Source: Paraspadella gotoi (lineage: Eukaryota > Animalia > Chaetognatha). From it: a DNA stretch of 20,873 nucleotides. The translations under genes were made by a program, and so were the position numbers. Of this stretch, positions 1-9,004 are shown piece after piece; position 1 is the stretch's first letter, and every line of letters starts with the position of its first letter. The DNA lies in contig JBJCIZ010000772.1 in assembly GCA_051294375.1 (NCBI GenBank), positions 1-20,873 of the forward strand, written 5' to 3'. Below the pieces are notes generated by a model, which saw only the letters and a list, made by a program, of their open reading frames with translations, made no database searches and was not told the origin of the DNA.

Positions 1-34
<34 letters not shown>
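1..34. repeat. (TC)n microsatellite, 5' flank of the LINE (truncated by the window edge)
   Basis: Perfect (TC)17 directly abutting unique LINE sequence at 35. Confidence 0.98.
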
Positions 35-35
<1 letters not shown>

Positions 36-41
36 AACGAT

Positions 42-56
42 CGAAGGTAACGGACG
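42..56 (+). promoter_or_regulatory. Internal Pol II core promoter: MTE (42-53) plus DPE (52-56)
   Basis: CGAAGGTAACGG matches MTE consensus CSARCSSAACGS at 10/12. GGACG matches DPE RGWYV at the canonical offset (+18 and +28). Jockey, I and Doc LINEs are known to use internal DPE promoters. Confidence 0.6.
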
Positions 57-138
57 TTTGCTCTTGAATTTCTGTGACTTTTTTTTTCTACACAAAAATA
101 ACCTGATAAAGAAAAATTAACGACGGCTCACGGGGTAA

Positions 139-267
139 ATGGCAAAAGCCCTCACCCAAATAAACAAATCTCAAATAAACATACATTTACAACAACAAAT
201 CGATCTAAATAAACAAACCGAAAGAAAAGACAAAGAAAAATTAAATTCTCGGGACTCTCCCCTGTGA
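139..267 (+). CDS. 42-aa uORF, or frameshifted N-terminus of LINE ORF1
   Basis: ATG139 to TGA267 encodes MAKALTQINKSQINIHLQQQIDLNKQTERKDKEKLNSRDSPL and ends 20 nt before the ORF1 ATG at 288. Confidence 0.3.
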   Translation: MAKALTQINKSQINIHLQQQIDLNKQTERKDKEKLNSRDSPL

Positions 268-287
268 AAGGGGTAGGATCAAGCATT

Positions 288-1888
288 ATGCCTGCCAAAT
301 CGGGGCACGGTAAAAAACAAGGGAATGGTGAGAAAACAATAAACTCAACTGCCATTCAAAAATCTGAAGAACTTAAAAAAGCAATTGAAAGTGTAAAAAC
401 TTTATCTGAAAAAGACCTAAGTGTTTTTATGCAAGAAATTACGGATCTGAAATCACAACAAACTTCTGAAAACATAATTTCTAATGAAACGGAGTTATTG
501 TTACCTGCCCAAGTTCAATCTCGTGTCATTAAGCGAAAACTTGAAGCTAACAATGTAGAAATGAGCGAGCCTAAATCGCCAAGATTCGACTTAAACGGAG
601 CTGCTGGCTGTCGGGCCTCAACTCCAATCAATCCAAACCCACCCATTATGATGCTACAACATGCTCAGCAAAGCTCAGCAAAGCCTCGAAAAGAAGGGAT
701 TCGTAAAGATCGTGCTGTGATTCTAGTTGCTAACTGTGGCGACGACATAAAAAAATCTCGACCTCTACTCTCGGAATTCATAAAAATGAACTTCAAGGGT
801 TCTGCTAACATCAAAGAAGTAAAGGTGATGAAAAGAGGTGACATACTTTTGACTGTTGAGTCGGAGGCTGATTTCAATTCAGTTATGAAAAAAGAAAATT
901 GGGAACAATCGCCAGCTGCAATCACTCCCAGGCTACCAAGTAACAACTCCGTTCTAAACTACTTAATAATTAAGGGTGTTGATCCATCAGTTCAAGAGGA
1001 AGATGTTAAAGATGAACTTGACAAACTCGGTATCCCAACGGTTTTTATCAAACGAATGCTTTCTACGTCAAGCGGTAGCAAGACTTGGAATGTAAAAATT
1101 GGCGTGAACAGTCAAGAACATGCTTCAACTCTAAAAAAGAACGGATTTAGAGCGTATTTCAAAGTCCACAAGGTAATAGACTATGACGATAGGGGAATAC
1201 TGCAGTGCTTTCGTTGCCAAAAGTATGGACATGGGACAGGAACGTGCTCAGCTACCGAAAGCACCTGTCTGCGATGTGGTGGGAAACATAGTCATACGGT
1301 ATGTAAAGAAGAGAGCATTCAATGCGCAAACTGCTTGGGCAAGCATGCAGCTAACTCAAAATCTTGTCCGGAATTCATTAAAAGACTTGCCGCAACCAAA
1401 GAAATGCGGAAAAATCAAAGTCAAATTACGATTCCAAAAACAGCAAATAGACTACAAGCTATGCGAGGCTCTGGTGAATCCACAAGACGAAATTAAGATC
1501 ACAGAAAAACATCAACTCGTTCGCATTCATCTTGTGCAGCACAAATTAAAGAGATGAAAAGCATTGAATCCTCAGAGCTAAGTGAAACAAAATTGTGGTC
1601 CATGGGCACAAAGAATAATAAGTGAAGCTTTTGGAATCACACCTAATAAACAAAATAAAAGATCTCTGCAGAATTAATCATCAATCCAATCTAATGCAAG
1701 TTTGTCACAGTCTTTTCGAAAAGATGGCCGCATGTTACAAAACACCAACAGAATCATCAGTAAAATCAAATGACAAATCAAAGAGTGCTCCTATACCATC
1801 AGCAATACAAAGGAACGAGGTCCCTCTTCTAGAAACCCCACTCTACCCAGGCTCTAGACTCTCACAAAATTCCAGAGAATTGGGCTGA
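288..1888 (+). CDS. LINE ORF1 (gag-like nucleic-acid chaperone). Open 288-1496; the C-terminus probably continues through frameshifts to TGA1888
   Basis: CFRCQKYGHGTGTC (CX2CX4HX4C), CLRCGGKHSHTVC (CX2CX3HX4C) and CANCLGKHAANSKSC (CX2CX3HX6C), preceded by an RRM-like segment (LIIKGV...IKRM). This is typical of I/Jockey/R1 ORF1. The extension beyond 1496 is inferred from adjacent open frames. Confidence 0.85.
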
Positions 1889-2080
1889 CTAGTTCGTTTC
1901 CTGATCTAACAGAATATGTTCTGATGCACAAACGGGATCATCAGATCTTATGCAATCCCAAGATTCTCTACACAAAAGAAAAAGCCAAAGGGAGTTTCGG
2001 AAAATGGAGGCTCGTTATGGCTGGGAGAACGCGCGAACAAAAGATGGAAAGATGAAAACAAACTTCAACTCTGACAGAAA

Positions 2081-4889
2081 ATGGCCAATAAACAAGATGG
2101 TTAAATAGTAAAGGAAGTTGCAATATTGCAAATTAACACTAATGGCCGACCAGAGCGGTTGTTAGAATTAAAACAAATTATCTGCTCTTTATCAACAAAA
2201 TATGTATTACTTCTTGTTTTTAATGACATAAGAATGGGTGAAACAGAACATATGGGTTTTCAAAATTAAAAGTTTATAATAACAAACAAATCAACAAACA
2301 CTAGTGTTGCTAGTGGAGTCTGTATTGGGGTCCCTGAAGATAGCGTTGTCAAAATTATTTCAAAAGAAATTAATGAGTCTCTAATATTAGAAATAATGTT
2401 GAAAGACAGGCAAAGAATAGTTCTTGCAACTATATACAATCACCCGGGTCACATGTTTCCAGAAACTCTCATGGAAAACTGGCAATCAATAAGTACAAAA
2501 GGACTATCAGCCAAAATACTCACAGGTGATCTTAACTCACCAAGCATGTTGTTGGGAAGTCGGACTACAAATAAATATGGGGAACATTTGGTAAATTTAA
2601 CTTCTAAGTTCACTCTTACAAGAGTCCATTCTGACGAATCCACATATATAAGCAAAATAACTGGCGCTGGAAATGTGCTGGACTTCACTTTCAGTGATTC
2701 CCACCTAATTGACAGTATTAAGAGCTATGAAGTCTTAGAAGATGTCGGCAGCGATCACTTACCAACACTAACAACCTTAAACATCAAACAAAATTCAAAA
2801 GTAAAATTTAAAACGGTTTTTGATAAAGAAAAATTCTGTTGTCAGGTTGAAGAAAATATGAAAGACTTAATCTTGATCTTCGAACATATGCATATTGACA
2901 CTAAAATACAAGAGTGGACAAAAGTGATAAAGACTGCTGAAAAAGAAAGTACTGTCACAAGGAAATGCAGAAGGAAAGGGAACAATGAGTTAAGTAAGAA
3001 AACTACTGAATTGATACAGAAAAGACGGAAAATGGCAAAAGAAAAGAAGGATGACCTTATCCACACTGATATGATAAAATGGCGAAAAGAATATAATTAT
3101 TTATGTAGGGAAGTTAAAAGATCTATCAAAAGGGATGTCTTCAACAGTGAAATAAAAAATGTCAATAAACTATGTGATGAAAGGAACAGTGCAAAAAAGT
3201 GGAAAATAATAAATGAAATTACCGGGCATAAAAAAACAAATGATAAGGCTCACTGCTTACTACAGGATGAAAACGGAAATGTCTCTAAGGGAAAAAAAGA
3301 AAATTTAGAAATACTGGCAAATAGGATGGAGAAGGTCCACCAAGCTCCAACATTGAATAAAACAAATGAAAAGATTTTTAATGAAATAAATAGAGTGAGA
3401 AAATCTAAACCAGAGGTTTTCAATCTTCAACCGAAAAACAAAAATTTCTCTGACATGGACGAAGTTTGTAATCTGAGAAGTATGAAGGAAATAATCAAGA
3501 ACCTGAAAATGAAATCGGCTCCAGGAAAAGACGGCATAACTCCTCATCTTCTAAAAATACTGCCTGATATTGCTTTAGTTATACTCTGTGATATTATGCA
3601 ATATTGTCTTCGAACCTGTCACTTCCCCGATTGTTGGAAACATTCTAACTTAAGAATGCTTTTAAAACCAGGCAAAGACGCAAAGGATCCTAAAAGTTAT
3701 AGACCGATAAGCCTTATATCAGTGGTGGGAAAAATTTTGGAAAGATATGTCAAAATAAAATTCCTAAGGTGTGTCAGAGAGACGGGAGCAATGAGCAATC
3801 TTCAGTCAGCGTATAAGAAAGGGAGATCGTCACAGGAAAATATCCTGCGCATGACTGAAGACATTCACTACGCCTTTAAAAGAAGACATTGCACCATAGC
3901 GGTGGCTCTTGACTTTTCAGTGGCCTTCAATTCGATGTGGAATGAGGGCTTGATTATTAAAATGATAAAAAAAGGTTTTCCAGAAGACATTATAAAAATG
4001 GTTTATTCTTATCTGAATGGGAGAATGATGAACGTCATTGAGGATAATTGAAATCTGAAACTAAGTTGCTCGGGAAAGGTGCACCACAAGGTGGTATCTT
4101 GAGCCCAGACCTTTTTGTTCTCTACGTTGAAGACCTACCTGCATTCCATGGAAAAAATGTAAGGAGTGCAAAATATGCAGATGACACAACAGTAGTGGGC
4201 AAGCGGTAAATCGGCAAAAATTGCAGCCAAAAAGCTTCAACCAATCCTAGACAAAATCGTAAAATGGTGTAGTGAATGGCAATTGACATTATCACAGGGT
4301 AAATCAATAACCACTTTGTTCAGTAGATGCCAAAACCACTATGACGAATCTTATGAACTCAAAATCGGTGATGATTACGTCATCAGGAAACCAGCCCTGA
4401 AATTCCTTGGTGTTGACATGGATGAAAAACTAAGCTGGAGCAACTACATCGATTCACTTATCTCTAAAGCTTGGTCAAAAATCATAATGATTCGAAAACT
4501 GGCAAAGAACCTAAGTGACAAAAATCACAAAATTGTAATGACTGTGTACAAATCTCTCACAGTGTCAATCTTCCAATATTCAAGCATTGCTTGGATTAAC
4601 ATGACAAAACAATCAATGGGAAAAAGTAGACAAACTCCATATCCAAGCAATGAGAAATATTCCTAGATCTACCAATCCATACTGCTAATCGACTGGTTCT
4701 TGATGCAAGCAACACATCCAATCTATCAGAAACTCTTTTCAACTTAGCACGGAAAGGGTCCTAAATATCGTTGGAAAAAATGACCTGTTTGATGACATCA
4801 TCAGAAGATCTGATGAAGAGAGCACAAAAACCCACGTTTCTCCATTGGAAATCGTTTCCACAAAACTCGGATTTGAAACCTTGCATTGA
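2081..4889 (+). pseudogene. LINE ORF2: AP endonuclease + reverse transcriptase, disrupted
   Basis: ATG2081 is in frame with ORF 2396-4051, with in-frame stops at 2102 and 2267. EN motifs: ILQINTNG, TIYNHPG, TGDLNS, VLDFTF, GSDHLP. RT motifs: SAPGKDGI, SYRPISL, LDFSVAF, GAPQGGILSP, YADD (4174-4185), KFLGV. Frameshifts near 4049, 4200, 4615, 4665 and 4755. Ends SPLEIVSTKLGFETLH* at 4889. Confidence 0.92.
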
Positions 4890-5019
4890 TTGTTTTAGAA
4901 AGAAATCATAGTATCTCACAATTATCCTGTGATATTTGTTATTCTACTTTTTTCTTACAATTTAAGAATTTATATGTAGCCTTAATCTATTTGAATTTTC
5001 AAATGTATGTTACTTGCTT

Positions 5020-5071
5020 AAAAAAAAAAAAATAAAAAAAATAAAATAAAAATAAAAAAAAAAAAGAAAAA

Positions 5072-5119
<48 letters not shown>

Positions 5120-5147
5120 AAAAACCAAAAACCAAAAAACAAAAAAA
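5020..5147 (+). repeat. Poly(A)-rich tract in the LINE 3' region
   Basis: About 128 nt, almost all A, 130 nt after the ORF2 stop. Confidence 0.95.
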
Positions 5148-5355
5148 TTGTCTCTATTTTTTGCAAAATCACCCTGACATTGTTAAATAGGTTTCTACAT
5201 TGATTAATGTAACTTAAACAAATTGTATCTCATCTTAGCTGATTGAACGATTTGAAAACGTTTGGAAAACAAATGAACAGAGAATTTAAGTGAATGATCG
5301 CCTTTACAGAGTACGCTTTACAGAGTATCATGTATTTTTAAAACGAAAAACAAAA

Positions 5356-5420
5356 GACCTCTTAGACGTACTAGTTGCTGTCCAGGGTCATGTACTGTTC
5401 AATTCAATTCAATTCAATTC
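5356..5420 (+). other. Putative LINE 3' terminus: stem-loop plus (AATTC)4 tandem tail
   Basis: GACCT (5356-60) pairs with GGGTC (5385-89) and encloses GAC/GTC and GTA/TGC pairs. Then TGTACTGTTC and (AATTC)4 at 5401-5420, joined directly to TC repeats. Confidence 0.6.
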
Positions 5421-5480
5421 TCTCTCTCTCTTCTTCCTTCTTCTCTCCTCTCAACTTCTCTCTCTCTCCTCCCTCTCTCT
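5421..5480. repeat. Imperfect (TC)n microsatellite, 3' flank of the LINE
   Basis: tctctctctc ttcttccttc ... ccctctctct, in the same strand orientation as 1-34. Confidence 0.9.
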
Positions 5481-5648
5481 AAAAATCGATGCGACTATCA
5501 CTGATGAGATTCTTTAACTTGAGAATCCGGAGTCTGAAATTGTGATCAGAATTTCCAAGTCTGGTCACTATGTGTCCCATATGTGACCCATTTCTCTCTC
5601 CTCCCATCTTCTACACAAAATCTCTCTAATAATTTTACAAAAACAAAA

Positions 5649-5698
5649 ATTGACGCGAAGAAGGGTTGTAAAAAAGCCGAAACATGTACGTTTTCAAT
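5649..5698 (+). ncRNA. Degenerate minimal type I hammerhead ribozyme (Penelope-like)
   Basis: attgacg-C(-)GAAGA-ag-GGTT-loop-AGCC-GAAA-CATG-TA-cgttttcaat. Stem I ACG/CGT and ATTGA/TCAAT; palindromic ACATGT stem III. U4 of CUGA is missing. Confidence 0.45.
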
Positions 5699-6816
5699 CT
5701 TGGAAAATAAAATCGTTATTGCCAGTTATTTCAAAACTCAGTCTCTAATCATTAATCACAACAAAAGAAAGGATTACATAACAAAATGCATTTAACATCA
5801 AATAATATTTGAAATATAATATATATGCAATCATACATTTTCTTACAATTAAATTCCTTACATTTATTCTTAAAATTCTTAAATTCTATTCCTATTTTGT
5901 ATTAAAAAAATAAATAATCCTTTCTTTTTCTCTCTTTTTTTTTCCCCTCTTTAGAAATGAACAAGAGAAAATAAATAAAACCGAATGAATGAAAAAATTA
6001 ATAAAAAAATTATTATAAAAAATTTAGAATTAATATAGAAGGAAGAATCTTTAAAAAGACATTAAGGGCTAACTAAAAATATCCTTCAATGATAATATAC
6101 TTTTTAATAAACGGATAAAAAAATATTAAATCAAAAATATTTTGATTAATAGCTCAATCAATAAAACCATTCAATCAATAACTAATATTACCAATTATTC
6201 ATATTTATATTTATAATTATGGTCATTGGCATGAAAGACTAACAACTCAGAAAATTAATGAGGAAGAGAAATAGAGAAAGAAAAAGAAAGCGAAAGAGGA
6301 AACGGAAAGAGAGACGAAGAAAACTTAATTATAAAATTAGAATTAAATTGTGCTTTTTCTTTCTTTGACTTTTTTATTGTTTTATGCTTATTGGCTAAGG
6401 CAAAAGAAAAAAACTTAGTTTAGCTGATAAGCCTCAATTATCATGGGTAATTTTCAAGATAGTTTGCCTAAATCAATTTTTTCTTTTACTAACTATATGT
6501 GTTTGTTTAAAATATTAGTATTTTAAAATTTAAAGTTGAATTTAAAATTAACCGATTTTTAACGGTTAAACGTTAAAAATGTTAGTTTTAACGGTTAAGC
6601 GAAGTTTTTCGATATCTAAATTTTATTTTTCGATTCTTACTTTAAAATGAAGAAATTTTTCCATCATGTACTTATTTTTTTCATCTTGTTTTATAATACA
6701 GGGGTGGGACCCAACATCGAGACAACCTTAACGTCCTGCCTGTCTGAACGATTTTGAGGATACATATTTACAAAGAATTTAACAGGTTTTAATAACAACG
6801 ATTTTTATTTTATAAT

Positions 6817-6864
6817 GCGACATGTTTCGACTCCAAAAATCATTTTCGAGTCTTCATCAGAGCT
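6817..6864 (-). ncRNA. Minimal type I hammerhead ribozyme (Penelope-like)
   Basis: Minus strand reads agct-CTGATGA-a-GACTC-gaaaatgatttttg-GAGTC-GAAA-CATG-TC-gc. Intact core, 5-bp stem II, ACATGT palindrome and GUC cleavage triplet (6821-6819), followed by AATAAA. Stem I is weak. Confidence 0.65.
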
Positions 6865-6894
6865 TTGAACAGTTTTGATTTTTGGAAAAAATTT

Positions 6895-6916
6895 GAGGAG
6901 AGAGAGAGAGAGAAGA

Positions 6917-6978
<62 letters not shown>

Positions 6979-7001
6979 AGAGAGAAGAGAGAGAAAGAGG
7001 G
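6895..7001. repeat. (GA)n microsatellite
   Basis: About 105-nt imperfect GA run. Confidence 0.97.
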
Positions 7002-7075
7002 CAAGTTAAAGTTTTTCCAAAAAAAGAATGAAAAGGACAGTGGTCACTGTCAGTAAGCGGGTTAAATTTGATCCC

Positions 7076-7434
7076 TTTTTAGTTTCGGATCTGCTTCAGC
7101 AGATCCCGACTCTATATTCCATTTTTGTCGTCGTCGAGTCCGCCCCCTAAATTGCGTCGGGCACTCACTTAATCATGTCAGAACAATCGAATTATGATAG
7201 AATATGCAAAAATACGATGTCCGTCCGTCCCGTCCGGTCCGTCCGTCCGTCTCACCTTTAGGCAAAAACACCAATTACTCGTTGATGGGAGGATGGATTG
7301 GAATGAAATTTTTTGTGTGTGTATATGAAGTTCGATGGAAATCGTCCGAGTGGAAATGATTTAAATGGAGATTAAACATGTTGAAAACTTATGTTAACAA
7401 TACCCCTTATTGTTAAACAATAAGTTTTCAAACA
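7076..7434 (+). mobile_element. DINE-1/HINE-like non-autonomous Helentron fragment (3' boundary uncertain)
   Basis: TTTTTAG, then hairpin GGATCTGC-TTCA-GCAGATCC (7087-7106), GTCGTCGTC, (GTCC)n at 7219-7251, and GGATTGGAATGAAATTTT. This resembles the architecture of DINE-1-like elements. Confidence 0.5.
7381..7431. repeat. ~23-bp inverted repeat with 5-nt spacer
   Basis: ttgaaaacttatgttaacaata-cccct-tattgttaaacaataagttttcaa. Confidence 0.85.
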
Positions 7435-8615
7435 TTTTTTCTTCCAACCGCGCGCAAAACTTAGCAGTTGGTTTGCTGCATAAAAAAAATCATATATCAA
7501 AGAATTTCAAAACAATTAAATATATCGTCTAAAGTGAAAGATAGTATTATACAAATATTTATTCAGGATTTTAAAAATCATTAAGAATATATGGTCCCAC
7601 CCCTGTAGTTTATTTATTTGTTGTATTATTTATTTATATATTATTTTATGCAGATTGGGGACGAGATTTCTGATCAGAACTGAAGCGGACGATTGGTATT
7701 AAATCTGGTTCAAAACTTTTGGACATACAGGTTTAATTAATATGAATAATTAATACCATGATGGAAAAATGTCGCGGTTTGGAAAAGTCGGTTAATTTCA
7801 TTGTTCAATATATTTTTGGCCGGTAAATAGGTTTAATATGTAATCTGACCTCCCTAGGACTAAATAAAAAAAAATATTCTTTACAGCATAATTTATTTAA
7901 TACAATCAAATATTCTAAAAAAGGTTATCTTCCAACTGTTTTTTCACCCTCTTTTTATCAAGAGGAAAAACTCACATTATTGTTAATATTAATCTCTGCA
8001 TAATATTTTTTTATCGATTTAGGCAAAAAATGAATCCTTGGAAAGCCAGTGAAAAAGATTGATCCCCTATAAAGTAAACCAGGCTTGAGTTGATTGTTGC
8101 ATAATATCCAACAAATATTTTTGATTTTTCCTTTTTTTGGACCTGTTTGATATTTTGTTCTGATAAACATCCAGAAGTAGAATAAAAATAATAAATTTGC
8201 TCTAGAAGGTTACCTGAGCTTTACTTTTTTGTATACTTTACATATAAAAAAAAATATTTTGGAGATCTACAGCATTAATGTATTTTTTTTGACATATGAA
8301 TAAGATTTATCCCTGAATAAATCAATAAATATTGATGCAATAAACTTTTTGACATGAGACTGAGAAGAAGTAAATGGATTTTAATAATAACGGTTTTAAC
8401 TTAAAAAATAATAAAAACATAACGAAATTAGTATAAATGAAAGTGTAGATATGAAATAGATAAAAAAGAAGAAAGCATTTTTTAGGCACTTTTTTGCATG
8501 GAACTCTTAATTTTTTTATTTATCTTAAATTTTATTTTTAATTCTCACATTAAAAAGGCGAAAAATAGCTGGAAAAGTAACCGCGCAATTTTTTTTTCCA
8601 TCATGGTAAGTAATA

Positions 8616-9004
8616 TGGGAGTGAATAAACAAGAACTGTGAGAGAGTCTTGAATGAAAGCTTGCAGGGACCTGCTATGTCATTAATCTTGTAAGAGTGAT
8701 GGAGGCCTTAAACCCCAAAGCTGTCCAAAGTCACGGCAAGATAGCTTATTATTAAATGATGGATATTTTATATTGGTTGTACCAATTTCATTAAAATCAG
8801 CTACTTGTATTTGATGCTAGTGCAGTACAATAAGTATTCCACTGATCTAATACTTAAGGGTGGTCCTCTATACAATTGAAACATTCTTTGAAATATTTTC
8901 CACTTCATTGATAGGGAAGCCAGGTTACTCTGGGTAGTGAATAAAAACAAGACTGTTGAAGAAGTCTTGATTGAAGCTTGCAGGGACCTGCTCATGTCAT
9001 TATC
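8616..9004. repeat. Imperfect ~72-bp direct repeat (8616-8687 and 8931-9004), ~315-bp spacing
   Basis: Both copies share tggg.agtgaataaa..caaga.ctgt..ga.gagtcttga.tgaa.gcttgcagggacctgct.atgtcatta.tc. Confidence 0.85.

Larger units (their letters stand above)
35..5420 (+). mobile_element. Full-length non-LTR retrotransposon (LINE), Jockey/I group, APE-RT type without RNase H
   Basis: In order: 5'UTR with MTE/DPE, ORF1 with 3 CCHC knuckles, ORF2 with APE (GDLN, SDH) and RT (PQG, YADD, FLG) motifs, 3'UTR with A-rich tract, stem-loop and (AATTC)4 tail. The 3' end could alternatively be 5147, the end of the poly-A. Confidence 0.93.
6699..7605. mobile_element. Non-autonomous Tc1/mariner-type element (MITE), 13-bp TIRs, TA TSD
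   Basis: TA|CAGGGGTGGGACC (6699-6711) and GGTCCCACCCCTG|TA (7593-7605): perfect GC-rich inverted termini in very AT-rich DNA. No transposase. Confidence 0.75.

Noticed and set aside
125-157. Possible HDV-like ribozyme or pseudoknot in the LINE 5'UTR (GGCT/AGCC, GGGT/ACCC)
   Set aside because: Only 4-bp helices and no nested P1.1/P3/P4 or catalytic C context.
152-4307. Short minus-strand ORFs over the LINE
   Set aside because: Antisense shadows of A-rich ORF1/ORF2 with no recognisable domains.
4810-4860. CTGATGAAG...GAAA inside LINE ORF2
   Set aside because: No stem II pairing; it is coding sequence (SDEES).
5497-5548. CTGATGA followed by hairpin GATTCT/AGAATC, hammerhead-like
   Set aside because: Stem II is followed by CGGA, not GAAA; the next GAAA is 8 nt later, so the core geometry is wrong.
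6545-6600. Repeated TTAACCG/CGGTTAA palindromic motifs
   Set aside because: Short, AT-rich and without definable element boundaries.
6865-7056. 63-aa ER-rich ORF (likewise the LS-rich ORFs at 5290-5517 and 20402-20719)
   Set aside because: Translations of GA/TC microsatellites.
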